Source: Takakia lepidozioides
Lineage: Eukaryota; Plantae; Bryophyta
Direction: 5' to 3'
DNA length: 64,000 nucleotides
Assembly: GCA_030704615.1 (NCBI GenBank)
Contig: CM060734.1
Span: 41,230,001 to 41,294,000 of the forward strand
In this document: positions 1 through 10,742 of the stretch, in pieces
How the letters are laid out: each line of letters opens with the position of its first letter
Numbering within the stretch: position 1 is the stretch's first letter
Position numbers and translations under genes: made by a program
Notes under the pieces: model-generated
What the model saw: only the letters and a program-made list of their open reading frames with translations
What the model was told of the DNA's origin: nothing
Database searches by the model: none

Positions 1-1699
1 GCTCCAGCCGGTTCATGTGCATTGTATGGACTATCATTTGTTGTATGTTGGTGATCCTTTCTTAGCTTTTTTCCCTTCGTCTCCGAGTGCGGATATTGGT
101 CTCCATTGTTTTCTCCTTCCTTTGTCGCCTTTGTGTTGTCCGGTTGCTTGTGACAACCTCCATGGCTTCTAGAGGCTATTTTTTCCTCTTTTACTGCAAA
201 TTGGGCTTTGTGAGTCCCCATCTCCCAAAAACATTATTAAAACAATGTTCTAAAATAAAATTCTAAAATTCTAGGATAATTACAGCTCAGCAAAAGACAG
301 AGCTAAGCAGGGTCCCAAAAAAAGTGTAATAAGGACAAGCCTGTGAAACTGGTTCAAACACTGAAAAGGGCAGGAGTACTCTTACAGTGACCATGTCCTT
401 GGTTTGAATTTAAGGCCCTAATTTAGTAGTAAGTAAGTACAGGATTTGATTTGAAAGCCCCCAATCTGCTGACGTTGGAGGCACAGAGATCACGTTGGTG
501 TGAGCAGCAGCAGTACACGTGAGGTGTGCGGGTGGTGGGGCTCTCCGCACTCACCCTCCCTCTTGCGCACTCACCCTCCCTCTCGCTAATCATCATCATC
601 GTCTTGTCATTTGACTTGCTTGGCCATCATTTTTGCCTGCTGCATTTCTTGGGACTTGTGAGAGCGATCCTCTGTCCTTGGTTTTGTTTGGTGGTGTGTG
701 TGGAGGTTTAATGTGCATTCGGGTTGTTACAATTCTCACACTTTGCCTAACTTAATTTTGTTATTTTGAACTCGGGGAAGCATGGGAATTCGTTTCATGA
801 CTGGAAGCGCACGCATACCGAGCTGGTTTTTGCAGTCCAACTTAATGAGGCTACCCTCTTGAGATGCCCCTACTCCACATTTGCGCCTTATTCATGTTTC
901 AAATTCAAAGTCTAGAGACTTCCCATCATAAGCCTCTCAAGGATAATTTGCTTGGTCTTTGAATTTGAGTTTTCAAAACAAAACATGTGTAAATGGGGTC
1001 GAGCCAAGTTTCTGCCACGATCCCACTTTCATGGATGACAGTGGATGGGAGCGATTCCTGAAAATAAAGTGTACAGGTTAGGCAGAATGTGGGAATTTAC
1101 AGCGCCCTAAATAACAAGCAGTTGCAAATAGTGAAATTTACTTCCACCCAACATAAACCTGAAAATTCATCCATATATTTTTCATAAACTGTTCACTAAG
1201 AAAAGATGTTATCTCAAGGAGGTATTACTTGAGCATATAAGGAAGTAGTTTTCAGCACAGGAGAGGAGGTAACGCCTGGGGAAGGCACAATAATAGGGGC
1301 TTGGCTATTTTTGACACCGATGCGTAGTCTCCTCTTTAGATAAAGAGGACCAATAAAAGCTCTGCTCCCTGGAATTTTTCAAAGTGCCAAGGCTGGAAAT
1401 CTAGTGTCCAAAACCGTGGACATGCTCAGGTGGCAGGCCAAATGGGCAGTTTATCAAAATGCCAATTTTTTGGGACAAGGGCACTGTGTAATGTCATGTC
1501 AGTGTGCATTTACTTACCAGAGGAGATAGAAAATAAATATCACCTCGTGCGTCTACTTGGGAGTTTACTCAATGGTGCTGCCTGATGTGCATATCGTCTA
1601 ACAAACCTTCTCTAATAACTCGTTTGTCCAAGGAACCTCCTTGAGCCTTAATATTACTTGGTGGTGGTGAGGCTTTAAATGCCTCATCAACTTGATTTT

Positions 1700-2590
1700 T
1701 ATTTTATTTTTTTATTTTTTGGTTAACAGGGGAGGTCCCTGGTTAACTTTATTACAATATATTTTTGGTGGGCAAAGCCCTTATAGTGAATTATTTTGAG
1801 GGAAAAAATTAAACCCTCGGATTACGCCATAAGGCACACACACCGTAGGCGGTGAAGTGGAGCCTAACCACTCATTCTGAGTGTATTCAAACTTGCACCT
1901 CCGAGAGGCCGAATCCAATAGACTGTTCCTTACGGGGATTTACTCTTTTCATAGATTCTACGAGCTAGTCTACAGATGTTTAAGATACTACTCTGTTGTA
2001 GAGCCTGGCTTCGCCGAAGAAATGCTTGAACTCTTGTCTTGATGGAGTGATTAACGGAAGTTAAGCCTGGAGGCTTTTTATGAGAGCTTGACATGCTTCC
2101 AGTTGACATCCCTGTCAAACTCCGGCGAGGCTGTGGACGGTACCGCGGGCGTCCCTCCAGTCTGTTGGGGGCAGCTTGTTCCAATCGCAGTGAGCAGGGG
2201 AGGTGTTGTTGCAGATAATCCCATTCTTCCCCCAAGTGGCAGCGAAGGTATCGTGGAGCTGGGCTGTTTGCTGGTCCGTTCTCGCTCTCTCGATATCTAC
2301 ACATAGTTTTACCCACGCTTTTCTAGCTTCAATTTGAATGTCCATGTATATTTTTGCAAGGATAGTGGAGGTCCTAGCAGTTTTTCCACAGAGAGTTTTT
2401 TCACACCTGACTTTCCAAAGGTGCCAGAGTGTGGCAATTCTGAGGGAATCATAGACTGGACAGTGATGGGCTTTCGGTTTTTTGGTTTGGTCGTAGTTCA
2501 ACAGAATGGCTGCTGGTGTGAGGTGCATCTGCCCCAGGATCGGTAGAAGGCGGTGATGAGAGGCCAGACAGCTGGGGGAATGCCTCCGCA
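1700..2590 (-). mobile_element. LINE retrotransposon 3' remnant (ORF2 C-terminus, 3' UTR, A-rich tail)
   Basis: ORF 2115-2639 contains LRIATLWHLWKVRCEK, typical of the helix after zf-RVT in plant LINEs. On the minus strand AATAAA is followed by an A-rich tail (T-run at about 1697-1720 on +). Confidence 0.55.
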
Positions 2591-2835
2591 TGAGTCTGGC
2601 CGAGTGAGGGCGTGAGCACGTGAGCGCAGTCAGGCTCACGGCACGTCAGCAATTGTCACCACGTTGGTTCACAGGTGTCACGACACGTCAGCAGTCCTCG
2701 CCAGCGTGGTTGACGCCACGTCATTTCCAAAGGCACGGACCTATAACCGCGGACAGAAGGTAGGTATCTATTTCCGCGGAATGATTTATTCTTTCCAGTC
2801 ATTGCAGACTACATCTTTAACATCGTGCCGATCGA

Positions 2836-2950
2836 TTGGATGAATGCAAGATGGATGAATATAACATGGATGAGTGCAAACAATGCGAGTGATTCATGAA
2901 TGCAGGATGGATGAATGTAAGGGGAATGAGTGCGAACACTGTGATGGATT
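2836..2950. repeat. Degenerate ~15-bp tandem repeat (GGATGAATGCAAGAT-like)
   Basis: Successive units ggatgaatgcaagat / ggatgaatataacat / ggatgagtgcaaac / catgaatgcaggat / ggatgaatgtaagg. Confidence 0.6.
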
Positions 2951-3446
2951 GATGTAGTTTTTTTCCCTGAAAGAAATTTCGAACTTTGTTGGATTTCCTA
3001 TCTTTCAATATCATGTGGGGCCAGGTCAACCCGTGAATGTGTGTTTTGTAATTAGTCATTCCGTTCGTACTTGGGACAAATGAACAGTCGCAACAAGTCA
3101 ACATATTTTTATGATGATGAAGAAAGAGTACATAGAAACTTTAAAGGTTAATCTAACTCGGACTCATCATAACATATCCCCGCATTCTCTGCATCCAACT
3201 CCAAAAAATTCATAACTTCAGATCTGGGATGTCTACTCCCTCGTGCAGACATCCTGGGATCAGGTGATGGAGCCTCGGACATGCGAAGTGTCATTTCTTC
3301 TGCATACATGTCAGGATCCGACCACATGTCGAGATAATCAGGAACACCGCTCAAGTGTTTTCCCTCCCTGAGCACATATTTTGTGTACCTGCGAACTCGC
3401 AAGCCCAATGCAATTCCTAACATGTCAATTCACAAAACATGATAAT

Positions 3447-4025
3447 GTGATAATCGACGGCGATCATCACAATGCTGATTAGAATTGTACTACCTCACAA
3501 GTATCATCCTGGAAAAGGTCTAAATGTGATGATCGACGACGATCGTCACATTTTCTTGAAGATTTCAATTTCAATCGGGGAAAGATAGGACTGAAACACT
3601 AAAGCAAAACGATGCAATTCACATTTTTGGGCGAAATGAATATTTCTCTGCATCCACACACAGCTGTTTGAGTGATAATTGGTGTCGATCATCACTTCTT
3701 TCCAGCCCTAAGATCATGTTTTGATGGACAATTAACTTTGCAAAGGGGGAAAGATGCAGGACTTAAACACGAAAACAAAACAATGTGAACCACATTTATG
3801 GCTGAAATGAAAAATACTCTGCAAAATCTTGAAGCACTGTAAGTGATGATCGGCACCGGTCATCACTTCTGCTGTTTTTATTTTTATTTTTTTGGATCAT
3901 CACTTCTATTCTGTTTTTTAATTTTTTTTTATTTTTTAATTTTTTTTAATTGTTCCAAAAACAAATTTTGCTCTAGTTTGGCATTTTGGTAGAGGTCGTC
4001 GATCATCACTTCTATTCTGTTTTGG
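3447..4025. repeat. Dispersed palindromic motif array GTGATGATCG-N4-CGATCATCAC with a ~170-bp internal duplication
   Basis: Near-palindromes at 3447-3470, 3526-3549, 3672-3695 and 3843-3866, with half sites near 3895 and 4000. Segment 3577-3700 resembles 3746-3870. Confidence 0.7.
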
Positions 4026-4479
4026 CATTTGGCGTGTGCTCTGTGTGGCAAGTTCTTAGAACTCATGCATCATGGCACCTTTGGACGTCAAGATGGTTTC
4101 CCATGGTCTTCCCGTGGCAGCCTCTATGGCACTCACATTGTGAGGTTATTTTGTCGTCCTTGTAATTGTAATAGTGAAACTTACAATTCTAATTGCACAA
4201 TGTTGTGGAATGGATGCCACAGTTGTAGGCTTATTTCCCATTTCGGGTGTTTGATGGTAGTCTTTATTGTATTCAGCCAACGATTGCCTGGATTAATCCC
4301 ACGATCATAGGACCATCCTCAGATATAGGCGCCGCATGTTTATGCTGACATGGCAGATGACGACGCATGGCCACGTTAGCATTTGTCGTCATGTCAGCCT
4401 GCTGACATCGCGCTCACGCCACGTCACTCCTGCGTGAGCGTACGCTCATGCCGTTGCGTCGTTGAGACAGCTGCTGGTC

Positions 4480-5100
4480 CGTGACAGTTCAATGTTCTAT
4501 TGTTTCCATTAGAGCAGTCGAGCAGCACTTGCAAAGGGTGTCCAATCCCAGCCACTCACCTACTTTTAGTGCTCTGTTTGTTAATTGCCACAGGAAACGC
4601 CGCGACCTTGGCAGGTCTTGTTTTGTTCCAGATTTTCCCCCAAATGGAATTCCGGTTTTAATTTTGAAAGTTCAAGTAGCTCCATCTGTCATCCCATTTG
4701 CCCTGGAGTGGTTGTGGGTCCATTATAGCCAAGTAAGCTTTTTTTGTGATATATGTGAAGAATGGTTTGGGGGATGGCCTGAATTTCCATTGTCACTCTT
4801 TGGGGTCTATCTGTAGGTCGTGTAGAGGTCTCCCTCCTATCCAGATGAAAGTCTGGTGTGCTAGCCAGGAGGTGAGGGGTGTGGTGAGTGGCGGGATGGG
4901 GTTCATCTCTTTGGTTGGGGATGACCAGCAGCAGATCCTTATGGGGGTATGTGTGCAGCGCGGTGTGCGGATCGGTTGTCGGTTTTGAAGGGTGAGCCTC
5001 ATGGTGTTGGTTTCACAGTGAAAGTGGTATCCCGTGAAACTGTGTTCATCCGCATTTGTGACAAAGAGAATGGTGATAGTGTTGTTGATTATTCCCAACG
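4480..5100 (-). mobile_element. LINE ORF2 remnant (zf-RVT region)
   Basis: The minus strand reads WGKIWNKTRPAKVAAF and, in another frame, LDTLCKCCSTALMETIEH (CxxC...ETxxH zf-RVT signature). Frameshifts and stops are present. Confidence 0.65.
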
Positions 5101-5262
5101 TCCAGAAGCCTCTATCTGGTGTTCGATGACCTGGTGCGAGGTTGGGCAGCCACTGGGTGGCGACTACATGAATGCATGTGATATTGCACATTTGGTATGC
5201 GTTGCATTATCACTTTCACGTCGAAAAAATTGTGTAAGTGTTTGTGGATGGGGATATATGTA

Positions 5263-5597
5263 GGACCTGAAGATTCGCCATCTTCTAGATTCCATGCATA
5301 TTGAGAAGAATGTCTGCTCGTCCATTTTTCGGGTTCTTCATGGCACACCGGCAAATAAAGGAGTGGCTGCAAAAGGATATTAGAAAGGAGCTTGAGGAGC
5401 AGGGTTGTATGCGCCATCTATGGGCCAAACAAAATGGTGTGGATCCAAAGGGTGTTGTACGGTGGAAGTATAGGTGCGCACCTTGGCAATGGACAAAGGA
5501 GGAATACAAGAAAGTGATAGCCACCATAAGTGTTGTCCGAACACCAACTGGTTATGGGTCATCCCTCCGTACGAAGTTCAGCGACTATTTAATATGA
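5263..5597 (+). pseudogene. CACTA/En-Spm Tnp2-type transposase fragment
   Basis: Reads DLKIRHLLDSMHIEKNVCSSIF (conserved RHxLDxMHIEKNVC motif), then after a frameshift APWQWTKEEYKKVIATISVVRTPTGYGSSL. Confidence 0.75.
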
Positions 5598-6099
5598 CTG
5601 ATTTAAACACATGTATCTGAACCTTTTTTTAAAGAGATCGTAGTCATGTATAAAGAAGTTACATCATTGGATCTAATTTGCTCAAAAGTTTGATGCATGT
5701 CAATGTTGAACACGTTCTTTACTTTTGCAATTGCCACAATAGATAATGGGTCTTCAAATGTGATATCTTCATCAGTGTATACTAGCATGATCATCTTGAG
5801 AACATAACACCTCCCACATTTCTTTTTCCGTACATTAGTATGGATTGTTAAGATATTTGTGTGTGTTTGATATGATTGCCAGGCCCTTGCCTATGATTTA
5901 TTGCAAATCATTTTAAGTTTGGTACTCTACAGAAGACCAATGACAATTCTACATAATTAGTTATACCTTATACTTGCATAGAAATTTCTTTTGATTGTAC
6001 AATACATTTGAACAATTAAACTCAATTCAATTATGTGTCTAAGTTCATCAATCTCATGTGCATTCTCATTTCACAAATTATTCTACCCTCTTGGAATCT

Positions 6100-6420
6100 G
6101 AGGACCATGGCCACATTTTGCATTCTTTGGATCCAATTGAGTGATCAGTGCATCAACATCGACGTCTCTCCATCCAAAATTATGTTTTATAACATGCAAC
6201 AACAAATCACTACGTCCAAAAGAAATAGTAGGTGAAGAGTGATTTTCCACATGAGCTCTCTGAAAAGTCTTTTTTACAATCCCAAAATAATTTTCGATCA
6301 CACTTATTCATCTACAAAGATACCTATTTTACAAAGGCTTCTATAATTGTATGTTGAGGATTGACATTTCTCGTATGTGGAACCATAAACCAAAGTAGCA
6401 AGGGCTGGGTAACCCCCAGT
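6100..6420 (-). pseudogene. PIF/Harbinger DDE transposase, C-terminal fragment
   Basis: The minus strand reads GYP..PLLLWFMVPH...HTIIEA...VIENYFGIVKK.FRELM...VVICCCML*NII, matching the GYPL/IENAFG/CCxLHN motifs, with frameshifts. Confidence 0.7.
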
Positions 6421-7129
6421 GGCTATCACAAGATGTTGACTACTTGGAGGAATATGGAGATGGCTAAATAACCGTTAATAAAAAATGAACAGAAGTGATA
6501 GCTCCTCAATTAAATAAGAAGTGCTCGCTATCTTCTACAAGTGCGGCATTTACCACTCCTTTGACTATGTAGGGTTGAATAAAAGATAAAGACATTACAT
6601 AATAACACTGAGAATAGTGTGATTGTGCTGCATCATCATTATCATTATCACTTTGCATGCCGATTTTTTATCATCTCCTTCTCCTCATAGTATTCTCTCC
6701 TCATCTCCTTCTCCTAATCATATCATTTTCATGTAGTAATTTGTAGCGCATCATCTTTACTTATGGTCTATAGCACTCCATTTGCTAAGTGCTTATAATA
6801 GACTATAGCAAATCACAAATACTTCGTTTGACTTGAGGCCACTTAAAATAATTCTTCTATCACAATTTTTGTATTTCATTCTACAAAGACATGACCAGTT
6901 GATTCTATGTCATCGGATTGAGAATGACTATTTCAATGAGCTCATACAATTATCTAACCTTCAGAGTAGACTGGTCTTCGAAGCAATGAGAAATTCGGGA
7001 GTATTAAACCACTTTGGGTTATTATGTGTATTTGACTTGCTTCTCAGTAGAGATCTCGGTCTAAAGCTAGAAGCACTACCTAGTACTCAAAATTCATAAG
7101 GAACAATATGATAACAAAGGTGGATAGAG

Positions 7130-7500
7130 CATTGTAGAATCACCAAAGAAGTTGTTCAACAATTGACAGAGAGATTGAGAGCCTATGATATTAGAAAAAA
7201 AAAAGACAAGATACTGGTGTGTTATTCTTGTCAGTATTCGAGTCAGTATGTATTCATATGTTTTATAAACTAGCTCGTAGAGCTGATTACTTGCAATGTA
7301 GTGAACTATTCGCCATAGACAAGTTGTCTATATGCACAAGGTGATATATAAGTTTGTGTATGCACTGTAAATATGGTGTTTAGAAACTAGGTACGATGGC
7401 AAAAAGAAAATGATTCATTTAGATGCTGACACGTTTAAAGAATTTTGTGGATTCCTTCCAATATCTATGGAGCAATTGAGGTCACCTATATCCATCTACT
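7130..7500 (+). pseudogene. PIF/Harbinger DDE transposase, N-terminal fragment
   Basis: Reads RITKEVVQQLTERL...YKLARRADYLQCSELFAI...VRW...FKEFCG..NIYGAIEVTYIH (compare GAIDGTHI). Multiple frameshifts. Confidence 0.65.
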
Positions 7501-8580
7501 AGAAGCATTGAATTGGTCACGAAAAATGCTTTAAAGACGTGTATATAGAAATCAATGAATGCCTCCCGGATCCTTCGTCTATCCACTTCATCACACTTGG
7601 CAATGAAGATGGAGATTTACCTACTCTTACTCATGCTCGCCAACACCCATCCAGTTGATAATTAGTCAAAATGTAGGGCATCTTTTTGCATTCGACCACA
7701 TGTTCAACATCTACTTGATTCTCTCTTTTGAACTTTGACTGCGAAATAGATTAACACTCATAACGTACCATCCCAGGACTTTCATATGATCCTATGCACA
7801 TTGAGGCAAGTCCTCGGTGTAGGCAAGCTTATGTGTGGTAGGATTGTGCATGGTGTAAAGATTTCTTGTAGCTTCTGACAAGGCTAGTAGTACTTGTGTG
7901 CATGGTTTAAAGATTTGTAATAAGGCTTGCGGCTTCTTGCGGCTTCTGACAAGACTGTCACTGTGGTACTTGTGGCAGTGGATTCATTGGTTGTCTGATT
8001 TTATGGATCGCCGAACGGTGGAGAAGAGATGGCCAGGGCCAATTAAAGTGTGAAGTATGTCATAAGCCGTATGCACCGGGGCTCCACCAACTGTGTGCAT
8101 TCTGTAGCTTTGCTCGTTCTGCATTTGATTTGAAAGCTGAAAGTGGAGCAACGTTCGCGCCTCCATCAGCATAAAGGACTTGCGCAGGGAGATGAAAGAT
8201 GGTTTTGCGGAGATAAAGTTGGAGATAAGTGTCATTCAAGTGATTTTTAAGATTTATGTTTGGTTAAGTATGGCTGATCTCATTATTGCCATTTTCAGGA
8301 GTGACTTAAATTAGTTCCACTGCGAACTCTATTCTGAATCTGTCTCTCATGCAGGGTTTTGAAAACATAGCTAATTCACTGCCATTGATCGATTGAAGCT
8401 TCGATTGAGTTTGTTTGCAATTGGTAAGAGCTATGAAGTGAGTTATGATCTCCACTGACATGAGACATGGGTGATGGCCTAGCCGCTTGAATTGAGGATG
8501 CTAGAATATATCTGCAGCAAAATCCACCATGTCATATTCCACAACATCTGACACCATAGGTACCCACCTGTATCGGCTAT

Positions 8581-9000
8581 GTGGGCTCCAGGGTCAAAGA
8601 GACACAGAGCAAGACACCAAAAGAACGATCTAGAGACAAGAATTGGTCAGCTATGGAGGTGCACGTTTTGGCTATCGTAAAACGTCAGGAGTGGGAGGAT
8701 TGGAAGGCCTCCAATGCTCGTGGGAACATGACATGCGACAAAATGAAGTGGGAGAATATTGTACATGTGTTGGAATTGCAAGGTATGAGCGAGCGGAACG
8801 ATGTTGGTTGCAGCAAAAAGTGGCAACACTTGTGCAAATAGTACAAGGATATTCGAGGGCATCAACTCAATGCTACCGGCAACGAAGATTACTTCACAAT
8901 AAGCTTCGATGAGCGGACGGGGTTGGGACTTTCAAAGTCATTCGCAAAGGACCTCTTCGATGACATAAATTTCTTGGCTGAACGTGCGTGCAACGTGCCA
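8581..9000 (+). pseudogene. Myb/SANT (trihelix-like) DNA-binding ORF, probably the PIF/Harbinger partner gene
   Basis: RDKNWSAMEVHVL...KWENIV...RNDVGCSKKWQHLCK*YKDIR shows the trihelix W-W-W pattern. Homology continues past an internal TAG at 8839-8841. Confidence 0.7.
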
Positions 9001-9860
9001 AAAATTGCAGCAGTGAGCATGAAACTAACATCAGTAGCAAGTACATTTGATTTGGCAATTGGACATGTAACAATTGTTTGCTTGATAATTGCTTTGGGGT
9101 TAGTATTGTTATCATGTTAAGACAAATTATGATTGGTTTAAATTTCATACACACTCAGTCAAGAGTTTTAAGGACATCTAACATGATGACTGAGTCGTAT
9201 ACATCAATTTTGGAGTCTCTATCAGTCATAAATGATCTATTTTGTTTTGCAATATTGTGCTTTGTTAAAGAGTTTATTATTCCAACATCCCTTGGCTCCA
9301 ACCTACTGGTCATATTATTGGGTGCCAAAAACATGGAGTCGTAACTTGTAACTATGGTATTTATCATATATTGACAAATGTGTGAGAGAACAATTGATGA
9401 ATAAAAGATTCTCTTTCTTGGTTGCAATCTTTTTCATATCAAAGTGAAGCAATTGTTTTCAAAAAGTTTGACCATCATCCATATTTCTTAATTCAACGAC
9501 TATATGTTTTGAAGGTTGTACGGAGGCACTATGTTTCAATGTGTGCAATATGTAGAGACAAATGAGGAAGAACAATATTGCCATCAACAATGTTGCAAGT
9601 GGTTGTCACAATGTTATGTTTTTTATGTTGTTGTTTTCTACTCGACAATTTGTGAATGTCTAGTTTGGGATTTGGGCACGCTCACCTATAAAATAGAAGA
9701 AATGAAAGAAGACTCTTACAAGCAAGCATAATCTATGGTGTACCTTCACCTTAAAGGACTATAATACTATTGCCTTCCGTCTGGAAAGTGGACACCTTCT
9801 AATGGCCGTAAGTGGACAACACGGTTGCCCAAACACCCCCCCCCCCAAAGGTCCCATATG

Positions 9861-9930
9861 GGATGTTATATAGTGGTGAGTAGTGTGTTGGCAATGCAGG
9901 CAGCAAGATTTCAGGTTCGATTCTTGTGTA
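9861..9930 (+). repeat. tRNA-derived (SINE-like) head
   Basis: Box A-like TAGTGGTGAG and box B-like GGTTCGATTC at tRNA-like spacing. No complete cloverleaf. A related copy lies on the minus strand at about 24355-24430. Confidence 0.4.
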
Positions 9931-10719
9931 ACCCTTGATACTGTAACCTTGGGGTATTGTCATCCCAGCCGGTGTAACCGTGAAGTAGTGTCAAGGTCTT
10001 GTTTTCTCTTGGTCCATTTTATACTTGGCCAAATTTGGACCTAGTCAAAATTTGGACCTAGTGTGAGTTACACCACCCGTTGTGTAATCTAGTGTAACCC
10101 CAAGTGGAATTACACTCCCCACCGTGTAAACCCTGACATTTATACTCCCTCCCTTCTGTAAACCTTCTGTCACCCCGACTGGAGTTACACTGATCCCTTC
10201 AGTTTCATGTCACTCTCAAGAGAGGGTGGGGAAGATTTGACATGCCAAAAAATCGGCGTACCGTCTTGTCAAAGGTTACGCGTGCTAATTCTTACCTCAT
10301 TTCTAGTGTTCTCCTTATTGATATGGAGTGATATTTATGTGTTAATCTGAGTATGATTTCTTCAAAATGGTTTTTTTTTTTTTTTTTTGTGGGAAAAGGG
10401 GAGCGATGCCCCTACGACCTTTATTTGGGATTATTAGGAGGGAAAAAGAAAGATTTTTCATAAAGCCGTAGTATCTCCAAAGTGACTTTCACTCACCTTA
10501 AGTGATATACCTAACAGTTACCACCATTCGGTAAGCTCAGTTGAATAGTGCACTAAGTGCCACCTCAAACTACGTCTAAGCAAACCACCCCCCTTCTACT
10601 CACCATACATTTGATAGCTCTCACATCGTTCACAACCCCAACCCCTAACAAACATAAGATTGAAAATGGGCTAGCTGTGACTGGTCCCGGTGGTGATAGA
10701 GCCCACTCCTAAAAGGGGT

Positions 10720-10742
10720 TATATATATATATATATATATAT
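10720..10742. repeat. (TA)n microsatellite
   Basis: Perfect TA run. Others occur at about 11719-11739 and 22126-22156. Confidence 0.9.

Noticed and set aside
3447-3866. CRISPR-like array (palindromic repeats with spacers)
   Set aside because: Eukaryotic context, irregular 55-150 bp spacers that are partly duplicates of each other, degenerate repeats and no cas genes.
9861-9930. Functional tRNA gene
   Set aside because: A/B-box-like motifs only. No convincing acceptor or anticodon stems.
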